A stretch of 64,000 nt of DNA from UHGV virus genome UHGV-1366171; one strand, given 5' to 3'. The stretch comes from a virus. Shown here piece by piece: positions 44,875 to 55,273 of this stretch. The notes under the pieces are model-generated. The model was not told the origin of the DNA, searched no databases, and saw nothing but the letters and a program-made list of their open reading frames with translations. The translations under genes and the position numbers were made by a program. How positions within the stretch are numbered: position 1 is the first letter of the stretch; each line of letters opens with the position of its first letter.

Positions 44875-45362
44875 CGTATGGAGACTTGTGCAGATACCAA
44901 TTCGCGGAATGGCAAACAGAAACTAGTGCTCTATACGTAAATTACAGCAATTCAGATGGCCGGTACATCGGCGGCGCAATAAGCCGTGAATGGTTGCTGA
45001 TAAGACTGAGATCCAGGAACTAAGGCGCGTATAATGTTGCCTGGAGGGAAAATATCAAATGGGTTTGGCCACCAGGAGATATGTTTTTCGGTAAAGTGCG
45101 GGGGTATTTTATCATGCTCAGTCTTTAATCTATCTGCCAAGTGCAGAAAAGGAATCCGGTTTTCGTATGACGATTACTGGTTTTAGCTCATGTACCAAGT
45201 GCACAAGGAGCATTCGACGCAGATGATGATAAAATATGCGTTTGAGGTGAAAATCAACCTATGCAGTCTGCGGATTGCATAACCGTGATAGGCGATATTA
45301 TATACCGGCATCGTTTGAAAAGAAATCCGAGTAAAAGCCAACTTTTCTTACCTTGTCGGTTC

Positions 45363-45438
45363 CGGGATGTAGCGTAGTTTGGTAACGCGCCTAATTTGGG
45401 ATTAGGAGATCGTCGGTTCAAATCCGGCCATTCCGGTT
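45363..45438 (+). tRNA. tRNA-Pro (anticodon TGG)
   Basis: Acceptor CGGGATG/CATTCCG (one GU pair), anticodon stem CCTAA/TTAGG with loop TTTGGGA, T-arm GTCGG-TTCAAAT-CCGGC. Confidence 0.7.
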
Positions 45439-45836
45439 GCGGCAATGTACAAATGGCATGAAACGTGAGGATTGATTTGTATTCCATTTTATGAATTGCG
45501 TGGATTGCTGTTTCGTTGTACGCATAGTTCTGATTCAACATTCAAAGTTCGGTACGTGGCCGCACAGACAGGCAAATGCCAGATGTTGATTAGCCCCACA
45601 CAGCCCTTGTGGACAAAAATGGGCATGGATAGTGGCGGAAGTAGACGCTAAGGGCAAGCATACATAGGGAGAACAGCGTAAGCCGACTGCAGGGCAGTCA
45701 AAAAGGCCATAGCAGTAACCCTGAATTATACTAAGGGGTTATATTAGATTCGGGGTGTGCGTGTGGGTATCAAATCCCACCTATCCATTCCTTAGAACTG
45801 CAATCTGAGGAAATTTGTTTATTTTCTTTCAAAGGT

Positions 45837-45960
45837 TCTGGCAGAGGTTTCAATGGACGAAACGCTCATCCGCAGGCTAATAATACTTGGTAAATAGAAG
45901 CCATTCAAGGGGATGGCTTCCGGGGACAGAAATGGGGAGTTCGATTCTCCCCTGCCAGAT
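45837..45960 (+). ncRNA. Long tRNA-like RNA (about 123 nt): 7-bp acceptor pairing and canonical T-arm enclosing an insert of about 70 nt with two internal hairpins
   Basis: CTGGCAG ... GTTTC-aatggac-GAAAC ... GAAGCCAT-tcaagggg-ATGGCTTC ... GGGAG-TTCGATT-CTCCC-CTGCCAG-A. Confidence 0.35.
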
Positions 45961-46346
45961 CGGGTGCATTGTTGTAGACAGCACTCATTTCATTACGCCA
46001 AGCCGCCTCACTATCGCTACGGTGGGGCGATATTTAAAGAGATAAATGAGGAGAATTAGATGGTGTCGCCGGTTATTAATCAGTGTTACATACAACATAG
46101 TGATTTGAGAAACTGTCAAAAAGAAATTCTAATTACATATCAAACATTGAACGGAGGAAGATTTGCAAAACAGGTTTTGTGTAATTATAGACGAGTGGAG
46201 AAGAAAATAAATGGGAAAAGCAAAACGTAAACCAAGGCCACAGCCAGCAAGATGGTATTGGTGGGATAGCGATAATTGCTGGGATTGTAAAAATCGGAAT
46301 AATTGCAATCAGTGCAAAAGAATGAAGCGGCAGAAGACTTATAAAC

Positions 46347-46631
46347 GTGAAAAAAAGGAGAGAAAGCAGAAGTATGAGCATGACTGAAATTATAGATGGT
46401 ATGACACATGAAATGGTGGGAAGCGATAGTTTTGAACAATTTATGAATAGACCATTACCTCATAACGGACAGGCGTACATACAGAGGGATTATAAAACTG
46501 GAAAAGATTATATTTGTTGTCCTTTCTGCGGAAAGAAGAACTTTCCATTAACGCCCGGAGCGCATATCACAGGGCAGAAGTTTAAGTGCAAGGGATCAAA
46601 TTGCCGGGAGATTTTTGAGGTGAATGTATGA
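46347..46631 (+). CDS. Hypothetical zinc-ribbon protein
   Basis: CCPFCGKKNF ... CKGSNCREIF. Confidence 0.35.
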   Translation: MKKRRESRSMSMTEIIDGMTHEMVGSDSFEQFMNRPLPHNGQAYIQRDYKTGKDYICCPFCGKKNFPLTPGAHITGQKFKCKGSNCREIFEVNV

Positions 46632-46867
46632 ACAAGAAAGTGATAGGAATTGTACTGATTTTGGCAATCTGCTTTGGATTGACGGGGTGCATAAAAGGAA
46701 ATAGACTAGAAAACCAAGAAAACACATCTTGGTATGGCATATTAAATGATGGTTCTTGCTTTGTATATACATTTAAAGATGAAGAAACGGGAGTATGGTA
46801 CATTTCAACATCTGAAGGCATCACGCCAAGATTGAACGCAGATGGAACATTGTATGTGAGTGAATGA
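46628..46867 (+). CDS. Putative lipoprotein
   Basis: Signal peptide with lipobox LTGC (MNKKVIGIVLILAICFGLTGC). Confidence 0.45.
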   Translation: MNKKVIGIVLILAICFGLTGCIKGNRLENQENTSWYGILNDGSCFVYTFKDEETGVWYISTSEGITPRLNADGTLYVSE

Positions 46868-46913
46868 ACCTGTAAGGATTTCTTACAAGTTGGGAGGAAA
46901 AGATAAAAGCCCG

Positions 46914-47075
46914 TTATTTTCCAACGGACTTTAAATACATATCAATAGCTTTATCAAGTAATTTGCTTATGGGAATAGATGTTTCTTCCGAATAAGATTT
47001 TAAACGAGAATATAGTTCTTTATCAATAGCGTTAGATATTGCTATGCGATTTTTTAAACCACGATTTTCTTGCAT
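46914..47075 (-). CDS. Ribbon-helix-helix regulator, copy 2 (53 aa, below the track cutoff)
   Basis: Minus-strand translation MQENRGLKNRIAISNAIDKELYSRLKSYSEETSIPISKLLDKAIDMYLKSVGK; paralogue of 36839-37000; divergent from TnpB. Confidence 0.5.
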   Translation of the reverse strand: MQENRGLKNRIAISNAIDKELYSRLKSYSEETSIPISKLLDKAIDMYLKSVGK

Positions 47076-47099
47076 ATAGAATCCTCCTTTGATTTGATA

Positions 47100-48757
47100 A
47101 TTATATCATATCTTTCAACTACTTGCAATTCAGTTTTAAATATGATATACTACAAGCAGTTGAAAGTAGTATTCTAAAAGGAATGTGGTTTAATGAATGA
47201 AGAAGATAAGGGAGACCAAGAAAGGATGCTAAAGAGTTACAAGACGGAAATCAATCCAACTATGGAACAAATACATAAAATCAATAAAACAATTGGCACT
47301 TGCCGTTTTGTATACAACTTTTATCTTGCCCGCAACAAAGAAGTTTATGAAAAAGAGAAGAAATTTGTATCTGGAATGGAGTTCTCAAAATGGCTAAATA
47401 ATGTTTATTTAAAAGAGAATCCAGAGTATGTATGGATAAAAGAGGTTAGCACAAAATCGGTAAAACAAAGCATTATGAATTCCGAAAGATCTTTTAAGAG
47501 ATTCTTCAAAGGACAGTCCGGTTTTCCTAAATTCAAGAAGAAAGGAAAATCGGATGTAAAAATGTATTTTATGAAAACAAATTCTCAGACAATAATAACA
47601 TGCGAAAGACACCGAATCAAAATATCGACACTCGGATGGGTTAGATTAAAAGAAAAGGGATATATTCCTTGGGATTCAAATACTTACATTATCAAGAGTG
47701 GTACTGTTTCTTGTAGAGCTGGACGATATTATGTATCAGTCTTGGTTGAGCAACCAGAAAGAGAAAGACTACAATTACAAGATTTTGGATTTGGAATTGA
47801 CCTTGGTGTTAAAAATTTTGCGGTTATAAGCAATGGGCTTGTAAAGAAAAACATCAATAAAACAAATAAGGTAAAAAAATTAGAAAAACAACTAAAACGA
47901 GAACAACGGTGTCTTTCTAGGAAATACGAAAGTTTAAAGAAGAATAATAAGAAAGGAGAGTCTTCCAGAGAAAATATTCAAAAACAAATATTAAAGGTGA
48001 AAAGGCTTTATTGCAGGATAGACAATATCCGCACTGACTACATCAATAAAACAATAGCTGAGATTGTGAAAACCAAACCATCTTATATCGCTGTTGAAGA
48101 TTTGAATGTATCAGGTATGATGAAGAACAGGCATCTTTCGAAGGCTGTTGCATCACAAAAATTTTATGAATTTAGAGTGAAATTGGAAGCAAAATGCAAA
48201 GAATATGGAATTGAATTGAGAATTGTAGACAGATGGTATCCATCCAGTAAACTTTGCCATGAATGTGGTTGTATCAGGAAAGACTTAAAACTTTCTGACA
48301 GAGAATATGTGTGCGAATGTGGATATCATGCAGATAGAGATTATAATGCAAGTCTTAATTTAAGAGATGCCACATCCTACAAAGTAGCATAAACAAGCAT
48401 TTGCAGGTATGTACCGATGGCTAGTCGGGAATTGACGACTGTGGAGTGTACAAGAACTTGTGAGTAGTATCTGTATTTACTCAGGGCGAAAGCATATACA
48501 GAGAAGCAGTAAGAAATGTTCGCAAGAACTTTCAATATCTCGATATGGATATCTTTGTTCATATTTTGAGTAGCAGCCAAGCGTAAGCGGAGATTGAAAA
48601 ATTTTTATATTCACAGAATCGAGATGAAAAAATGTAAAACAAGCAAAATCTTCTATGTAAATAGAAATAGAAGTTAAGTAAAATAAGATGAAATAGTAAA
48701 ATGAGAGTCATTTGAGAGCCAAATTTCTTACTAAGTAGGGAAGGAGGCTCTTTTGTT
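47100..48757 (+). mobile_element. IS200/IS605-family TnpB-only element (IS1341-like) with downstream omega-RNA/right-end region
   Basis: TnpB ORF with no TnpA; 365 bp structured non-coding tail at 48393-48757 before the terminase. Confidence 0.45.
47193..48392 (+). CDS. tnpB: TnpB (OrfB) RNA-guided nuclease-like transposase accessory protein
   Basis: N-terminal OrfB_IS605 region; RuvC-like GIDLGVKNFAVISNG...AVEDLNVSGM; C-terminal zinc finger CHECGC...CECG. Confidence 0.8.
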   Translation: MNEEDKGDQERMLKSYKTEINPTMEQIHKINKTIGTCRFVYNFYLARNKEVYEKEKKFVSGMEFSKWLNNVYLKENPEYVWIKEVSTKSVKQSIMNSERSFKRFFKGQSGFPKFKKKGKSDVKMYFMKTNSQTIITCERHRIKISTLGWVRLKEKGYIPWDSNTYIIKSGTVSCRAGRYYVSVLVEQPERERLQLQDFGFGIDLGVKNFAVISNGLVKKNINKTNKVKKLEKQLKREQRCLSRKYESLKKNNKKGESSRENIQKQILKVKRLYCRIDNIRTDYINKTIAEIVKTKPSYIAVEDLNVSGMMKNRHLSKAVASQKFYEFRVKLEAKCKEYGIELRIVDRWYPSSKLCHECGCIRKDLKLSDREYVCECGYHADRDYNASLNLRDATSYKVA

Positions 48758-50467
48758 TTGCGAGAAGGAACGCTTGAATGGTACAAAAAAATTTTTTCGG
48801 AAATCTTAAAAGACGACATGACACAATACCAAAACCAAATAGATAGCTGGCAGCTTCTTTTGAATATGAAGCAAGATTTAGGTTTTGAGGATAAAGAAAT
48901 TCGTGATTATGCTATGAAGATCAGCCAGTACACACACAAGATGGCTGACTATGTAGCAGGGCAGACGGGAAGCGGAAAGTTTAATGATTTGTACTATAAA
49001 TTGTTATTGTTGGAAGCTCAAAATTATCAAGTGGATAGCGGACTTCTATATCTGGAAAAAAATAGAGTTCCCAAGGAACGATTTTATGAGCCGCGCCGAG
49101 AGGTTTTTATAAAGCACCAAATTATCCAGTCATTACAGGATTTGATGGATGATAAACTTGATATTTTTGCTTTGAGCGTTCCACCGGGTTGTGGTAAATC
49201 AACTCTGGAAGATTTTTTCTTATCCCTTGTTGGTGGATGGTTCCCAAATGATTTTAACCTATCCTCAGCGCATAGTAGCATTTTGACCCATTCCCTTTAT
49301 GATGGCGTATTGGAAATTATAAATGACCCGGTAGAGTATACATGGCATGAAATATTTCCTAATGTAAAGCTGACTGGAACAAATGCTAAGGAAACCACAG
49401 TAAACCTCGAAAGGAATGGGCGATTTAAAACATGGACTTTTCGTTCCATAGATGGTTCGTTGACGGGAGCCACAAGATGTAATCGTTTTTTGACAGCAGA
49501 TGACTTGGTATCTGGAATTGAAGAAGCACTGAACAAGTCACGCCTGGAAACACTTTGGACAAAGGTTGTGAATGATCTTCGTTCCAGACGACTTGAAGGG
49601 TGTAAAGAAATCTATATTGCCACAAGATGGTCTGTCCATGACCCGATTGGAAAACTACAACAGCTATATGAAGGAAATCCCAAAGCCAGATTTATTGCGG
49701 TTCCGGCTTTGAACGAAGATGGCGAGAGTAACTTCATGTTTGCGGTGAATGGATTTTCAAAGAAATACTTCATGGACGCTAAGGAATCTATGGATGATCT
49801 ATCCTTTAAATGCCTGTATCAGCAACAGCCGATTGAGCGAGAGGGATTACTATTTCCTACAGATGAACTGCGCCGCTTTTTCTTCAATCGGGAGCAAGTA
49901 CCGGAAAAGCAGACAGAGTTTATTATTATGCCAGAGCGGACGCCTGATGCTATATGGGCGGTGTGCGATACAAAGGATACAGGAGCGGATTTTGAATCTT
50001 TACCGATTGCATATCAATTTGGAGAAGATTTTTTTATACCGGATGTAGTATTTGATGACACAACAGATTATGACACATTGGATATGAAATCCGCTAATAT
50101 TTTGATTCGACACAATCCCCATAAGATAAGGTTTGAATCAAATAGTGCAGGAGGCAGAGTCGCGCATAATGTTCAAAAATTGATAGATGGAAAATGTCGA
50201 GCACAGATCGAGCCTGAGAGAACACAAGCGAACAAAGAAACCAAAATATTAGTCAATTCTGATTGGATTAAAAAACACTGTATATTTTTAGACCCAAGTT
50301 TATATACGCCAAAATCAGACTATGGTTTGTTCATGGAAAATGTGGTTACATATACAGTCAAAGTTAAGCCGCCACATGATGATGGGCCAGACTCTCTGGC
50401 AATGCTTGCAGAATATGTAGCAAGGCCAGTGCAAAAACCAACAACAATAATCAATAGTCCGATTTGA
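48758..50467 (+). CDS. terL: Terminase large subunit
   Basis: Walker A-like LSVPPGCGKST; nuclease-domain acidic residues; 569 aa, immediately upstream of the portal. Confidence 0.7.
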   Translation: MREGTLEWYKKIFSEILKDDMTQYQNQIDSWQLLLNMKQDLGFEDKEIRDYAMKISQYTHKMADYVAGQTGSGKFNDLYYKLLLLEAQNYQVDSGLLYLEKNRVPKERFYEPRREVFIKHQIIQSLQDLMDDKLDIFALSVPPGCGKSTLEDFFLSLVGGWFPNDFNLSSAHSSILTHSLYDGVLEIINDPVEYTWHEIFPNVKLTGTNAKETTVNLERNGRFKTWTFRSIDGSLTGATRCNRFLTADDLVSGIEEALNKSRLETLWTKVVNDLRSRRLEGCKEIYIATRWSVHDPIGKLQQLYEGNPKARFIAVPALNEDGESNFMFAVNGFSKKYFMDAKESMDDLSFKCLYQQQPIEREGLLFPTDELRRFFFNREQVPEKQTEFIIMPERTPDAIWAVCDTKDTGADFESLPIAYQFGEDFFIPDVVFDDTTDYDTLDMKSANILIRHNPHKIRFESNSAGGRVAHNVQKLIDGKCRAQIEPERTQANKETKILVNSDWIKKHCIFLDPSLYTPKSDYGLFMENVVTYTVKVKPPHDDGPDSLAMLAEYVARPVQKPTTIINSPI

Positions 50468-50485
50468 TTAAGAGGAGTGATATAG

Positions 50486-50899
50486 ATGGATAAAAGAAAA
50501 TCAAGTTTAAAAAATTACGGAATTTCTAGTAAGCGTTATAAAGAACTTTGCGGATTTTGTGAGCAATATCCAGAATGGAAGGAAGAATTGGCATATAATG
50601 TGAATACTGTAAAAAGCCAACAAATAGGTAATGTTTCTTATGGAAGTAAAAATAATATAAGTAATAAGACAGCCGATCTTGCATTGAAACGAGTGTTTTT
50701 GCAAAAAAAAGTGGACTTGATAGAAAAGACAGCTAAGGATGCGGCAGGGGAATTATGGAATGAAATCATTAAATCGGCATGTTATGAGCAACCGTTCTGG
50801 TATCTTAGAGATATTTCAGAAATACCGATCAGTCGGTCAGCTTTTTATGATTATAGGCGGTATTTTTTCTTTTTGTTGAATCAACGAAAAGATACATAA
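50486..50899 (+). CDS. Hypothetical protein
   Basis: 137 aa between terminase and portal. Confidence 0.35.
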   Translation: MDKRKSSLKNYGISSKRYKELCGFCEQYPEWKEELAYNVNTVKSQQIGNVSYGSKNNISNKTADLALKRVFLQKKVDLIEKTAKDAAGELWNEIIKSACYEQPFWYLRDISEIPISRSAFYDYRRYFFFLLNQRKDT

Positions 50900-51149
50900 A
50901 AATGAGTACCAACGATGTTTAAAATGATGGTATAATGATATTATCAAATATTACAAATAAAAGAAAGCACTTGGCGAGTCCAGGTGCTTTTTGTTGGAAA
51001 TTGTAAAAGTGGAAAAAACAAGAGAAAACAGATTGAAAGATTATAGAAGAATAAAAGGAAAGAAATGGGTAGACATACCAACCAAATTTGAAAAGCGTGT
51101 GTCGGGTTCCGGGGTCCAATTTGGCGGAAAGTATGTAAAAACATAATGG

Positions 51150-52679
51150 GTGGTAAGAATGAAACTTGCAGGAAGAAGAAAGATATTAACAGATGAAAAA
51201 CAAATAACAGAAAAAAATATTATTCCTGTTCTTCAAAAAGCATATTCTAAGCATCGGATAAACGCCTGCGAAATGCAATTTCTTATAGATTATGAAATTG
51301 GTGTGCAGCCATTACCATACCATAAAATTGTGCGCCCAGAAATAAATATCCAAACTACCGACAATATGGCTAACTATGTGACAGAGTTTAAGAAGGGATA
51401 TTTTTGGGGGATTCCTCCTATTTATACGCAGAGAGGAAATCAAGAACCGCATGATACAGATGAGGATATAGACAGTTCCGGGATTTCAGCTTTAAATGAA
51501 ATGATGCTGAATGGAATTTGCATAGGTGCAGAAAATCAGAAATTAGCAGATTTTGTGGAAAAAACAGGTATAGGGCATAGGTTGATTGGTGTTAAAACAG
51601 AATGGGAAGATGAAAAAATTCAGAGTTCCTATGTAAATGTCAACACTTTGGATTCCAGATTTGCCTTTTGTGTCTATCATAATGGTGTCGGGCAAAAGAA
51701 GGTTTTGGGTGTCACCTATGTTAAAAGTGGGACAAAGAATTTGTTTACCTGTTTTACTGACAAGCAGCGGTTTGAGATTGAGGCAGGGAAAATTGTAGAT
51801 ATCCGGGCAAATCTGCTGGGCATGATTCCAGTTGTGGAATATGAACGCGCGGTTGATAGGACAGGTTGCTTTGAGCGGCAAATTGACCTTATGGACAACC
51901 TCAATTCCTTGGTGTCAAGCGTAGCGAATGATGCAGTGCAGCGAACGCAAGAAATCTGGTGGGCGCATAACACGGACTTTCCAGTAAACCCAGAAACGGG
52001 AGAGGAGGTTACTCCTAAGAGCGGACAATGGGTGAAAACGTATAGCGCAGAAGGGAAAGACGCAAAGATAGCTCCTTTGTCGAGCACATTGGATTCGGCT
52101 CCGGTTTTAGAGAATATCACAACGACACGCAATGAGATTTTGAAAAGGTGTTTTGTTCCAATGCAATACTCATCCGAAGGAGGAGGAAGTACCGGGATAG
52201 CCACGGACACTATGTCGGGATGGAACGCTACAGCAGTTGACGCGGCTAGGGAAGAACAGCTTGTACAGGGCGCAGCCAGAGAAGAACTAAAATTGATATT
52301 GCGGGCAATAAGTTTTGCGTCAACAGATAAATTGCCATCGGATAATCCTTTGAGGAAAATTCATCATACTGATATTAATATCCACTTCGTCAGACAGAAA
52401 AATTATGACTTGAATAGTAAAATAAATGCAAGCGCAGCGGCAGTCAATATAGGCGTACATCCTAGATGGGCGTTACAGATGGGCGGCGGCGTGTGGCCGG
52501 ATATTGAGCAAGTATGGCTTGATAGCAAGGATACTATGGAAGCATACCAGAAGTCTTTGTTTGACAAGGATAAGGAAAATGAAGCACCAGAACGGCTGAC
52601 ACAGGATGAATCAGACCAGACAGAAAATAGCCCTGGTGTAGATGGGATGCAAACAAATAATTCAAAGCAAATAGTTTAA
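51150..52679 (+). CDS. Portal protein
   Basis: 509 aa, position after the large terminase, SPP1-like portal size and composition. Confidence 0.6.
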   Translation: MVRMKLAGRRKILTDEKQITEKNIIPVLQKAYSKHRINACEMQFLIDYEIGVQPLPYHKIVRPEINIQTTDNMANYVTEFKKGYFWGIPPIYTQRGNQEPHDTDEDIDSSGISALNEMMLNGICIGAENQKLADFVEKTGIGHRLIGVKTEWEDEKIQSSYVNVNTLDSRFAFCVYHNGVGQKKVLGVTYVKSGTKNLFTCFTDKQRFEIEAGKIVDIRANLLGMIPVVEYERAVDRTGCFERQIDLMDNLNSLVSSVANDAVQRTQEIWWAHNTDFPVNPETGEEVTPKSGQWVKTYSAEGKDAKIAPLSSTLDSAPVLENITTTRNEILKRCFVPMQYSSEGGGSTGIATDTMSGWNATAVDAAREEQLVQGAAREELKLILRAISFASTDKLPSDNPLRKIHHTDINIHFVRQKNYDLNSKINASAAAVNIGVHPRWALQMGGGVWPDIEQVWLDSKDTMEAYQKSLFDKDKENEAPERLTQDESDQTENSPGVDGMQTNNSKQIV

Positions 52680-52814
52680 TTACAGTCGGGAAACCGGCTG
52701 TTTTTATATGCCCCAGAGAAGGGGCTATACAAATATCGCAAACGGTAGAGAAACCGTAAAACGCAAAATAAGGAAGACAGAGAAGTCTATAATCGCAGAA
52801 AGGTAGGAATTTAT

Positions 52815-53411
52815 ATGGCGGAGAACATTGAATCAACAACAATGGCTGAAACTGAAAGTCAGGTCATCGAAACCCCAGGGCATGATACACCAACGGTAGA
52901 AGAACTGATGGCTGAACTGGCGAAGGAACGGGCAGAAAAGGCTAAATTGAAAAATTCATTTGATACAGCTTCTTCTGAGCTTTCCAATGCTAAAAAGCAG
53001 TTAAAAGCTAAAATGACAGCCGAGGAACAAGAGGCAGAGGCAAAGAAAGCCGCCGATGAAGCCAAAGATGCCAGAATCCAGGAACTTGAATCCAAATTCC
53101 GAACGATGGACTACAGCAAGCGGTATATGGGAATTGGCATGGATGAAAAGACAGCAGAGTCATTGTCCGAATTAACTGGAGAGTTGACTGATACAGATAA
53201 GTTTTTCTCTGCTTTAGGAAAATTTGTACAGGCAGTAAAAAAGCAGTCCGGTGAGGATGCACTTCAAACATATTTGAAGGATAACCCGGATATTAAGGCC
53301 GGCAGCGGGGCTACAAGCAAGGATGAGGCCTCTATCCAGTTTGCTACAAATCTGGCATCGCAAAAGGCCGGGCGTGGAATCAATGAAGATTTATTAAAAA
53401 GATTGCTATAA
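52815..53411 (+). CDS. Scaffolding protein
   Basis: 198 aa, highly charged coiled coil (AKERAEKAKLKN ... EEQEAEAKKAADEAKDARIQELE), located between portal and capsid. Confidence 0.6.
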   Translation: MAENIESTTMAETESQVIETPGHDTPTVEELMAELAKERAEKAKLKNSFDTASSELSNAKKQLKAKMTAEEQEAEAKKAADEAKDARIQELESKFRTMDYSKRYMGIGMDEKTAESLSELTGELTDTDKFFSALGKFVQAVKKQSGEDALQTYLKDNPDIKAGSGATSKDEASIQFATNLASQKAGRGINEDLLKRLL

Positions 53412-53424
53412 GGAGGATGAGCAA

Positions 53425-53850
53425 ATGGCAAGAGGAGATATGAAAGTTGATACCTTAACTTATGTTTCCGAGCCCACGATTTTAAATCGTAAGGAAAAAG
53501 AAGCGATCGCAATGACGATTGATTTTACTAGTGTCACGGATACAAATAAGGTGACAGGAGAAAAAGTGGTGAAGGCTGGAACACCCGTTGATAAGAACGG
53601 TAAGCCGCAGAAAACCACACCGTTTACTGGAGCAGTAGGAATTCTTTATCGGGATACTTATGAATCCAGGCCACAGGGGGCACTTTTGAAAAAAGCTTAC
53701 ATACATACGAAAAGGGCACAGGACAATAGCGGATGCACATATGATGCAAAACTGGTAGCGGCTTTGGTAAATGCTGGCTGCCGCATTGTATTTGAGGAAC
53801 CCGGAGTTGTTGGGACTATTCCAGACGCAGCCAGCGGAGGAGGCGCTTAA
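53425..53850 (+). CDS. Head decoration-like protein (position equivalent to lambda gpD)
   Basis: 141 aa beta-rich protein between scaffold and major capsid. Confidence 0.4.
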   Translation: MARGDMKVDTLTYVSEPTILNRKEKEAIAMTIDFTSVTDTNKVTGEKVVKAGTPVDKNGKPQKTTPFTGAVGILYRDTYESRPQGALLKKAYIHTKRAQDNSGCTYDAKLVAALVNAGCRIVFEEPGVVGTIPDAASGGGA

Positions 53851-53922
53851 TAAATTTGCCGACTAATAAAATTTGAAGTTAGTTGCTGACCCCTAAAAGT
53901 TTACGGGGTGGAAAGGAGAAAA

Positions 53923-54990
53923 ATGAAGTTATCTGATGTTTTTACGGCGAAAGCAATCGCCGCTTACATTACAAATGACCCGAGTAGCAATCTTCCCTAT
54001 TATGGGGAAGTATTTTTTCCGGCAATTAAAAAGACCGGAGTTGATTTGAAATGGATTAAGATTAGAAAAGGGCTTGGCGTTGCCCTGAAACCGTCCGCAT
54101 TTGATTCTATGGCTACCATTCGCACCAGAGGCGGATTTAAGGCAACAAAAGAGCAAATGCCCTTATTTAGGGAGTCGATGCAGATTGACGAGACTGACAT
54201 GCTGGAGATTCAGAGAGCGCAGGATTCCAATGACCCTTATGTCCAGGATGTGCTTAGACACATTTTTGATGATGCAGCAGAATTGACCCTTGGCGCTGAT
54301 ATTTCTGCTGAGAAGATGAGAATGAATCTACTGGCACCTATCAATGGCACTATGCAGATTTCTGTTGGAATGGCAGACAACACAATTTACAACTATAAAT
54401 ATGACGAGGATGGAACATGGAAATCGGAACATTATGTAGAACTGACTGGAACGGATACTTGGGACAAACCAGAAACAGCAAAGCCATTGAGTGATATCGC
54501 AGAGGGTACCGCATATCTGGCAAATCTTGGTTTTAAACCTAGATTTGCGATGATGACTACGAAAACGTTTAATTATCTGATTGACAATGAGCAGATGATG
54601 AACGCAATGATTACCGCTTCTGGTGTAAAAAATGCATATCTGGATGCAAAGGGAACTAGGGACTTGTTTGAATTAAAAACAGAGCTTCAGCTTATCAAAA
54701 ACGATAAGAGATATACAGATTTTGATGGCACGGACAAGAACTTCTTCCCTGATGATTATGTAACTATTATCGGTGATGGAGTCCTGGGTAATACATATTA
54801 CGGCACAACACCAGAGGAAAGAACGCTGCTGGGAGATTCTACAGTAGATGTATCTATCGTGAAGAATGGTATTGCGATTGCAAAGAAAACAGATTATGGT
54901 CCGCCTGTGCTGGTGTCTACCACGGCTTCACAGATTTGTTTGCCATCCTTCGAGGGAATGGATGCTATCTATGTAATCAAAGTGAAATAA
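53923..54990 (+). CDS. Major capsid protein (gpE-like family)
   Basis: Start ATGAAGTTATCT with RBS AAGGAG (the track ORF begins at 53908); about 355 aa; follows scaffold/decoration. Confidence 0.6.
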   Translation: MKLSDVFTAKAIAAYITNDPSSNLPYYGEVFFPAIKKTGVDLKWIKIRKGLGVALKPSAFDSMATIRTRGGFKATKEQMPLFRESMQIDETDMLEIQRAQDSNDPYVQDVLRHIFDDAAELTLGADISAEKMRMNLLAPINGTMQISVGMADNTIYNYKYDEDGTWKSEHYVELTGTDTWDKPETAKPLSDIAEGTAYLANLGFKPRFAMMTTKTFNYLIDNEQMMNAMITASGVKNAYLDAKGTRDLFELKTELQLIKNDKRYTDFDGTDKNFFPDDYVTIIGDGVLGNTYYGTTPEERTLLGDSTVDVSIVKNGIAIAKKTDYGPPVLVSTTASQICLPSFEGMDAIYVIKVK

Positions 54991-55003
54991 CGGAGGTCAA
55001 GCT

Positions 55004-55267
55004 ATGAAGTATGACCATAAAGTAAAGTTCGGCGGGGTTTTGTACCTCGCCGAAGAAGAAGTTCCAAATGACGAAAAAGAAGAGCAGATAATGCCTTTTG
55101 ATGATACGGATATTGCGTTTGAAGGTTCTGACGAGAAATATACATACGAGGATTTGAGCGCAATGACCGTCAAGGATATAAGAAAGTTGGCGGAAGATAA
55201 TGGAATTATGATTACTAAAGTTATTAAAGATGAAGTGATTGGGGAATTTCTTTCCCAACAAATATAA
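55004..55267 (+). CDS. Acidic small protein with HeH/SAP-like motif
   Basis: TVKDIRKLAEDNGIMI resembles the Rho_N/HeH DNA-binding motif. Confidence 0.3.
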   Translation: MKYDHKVKFGGVLYLAEEEVPNDEKEEQIMPFDDTDIAFEGSDEKYTYEDLSAMTVKDIRKLAEDNGIMITKVIKDEVIGEFLSQQI

Positions 55268-55273
55268 AGGCAG

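Noticed and set aside
45254-45541. 95-aa minus-strand ORF and other ORFs inside the tRNA array (44160-44369, 44952-45140)
   Set aside because: They overlap tRNA-Pro and structured spacers; the region is better explained as RNA genes.
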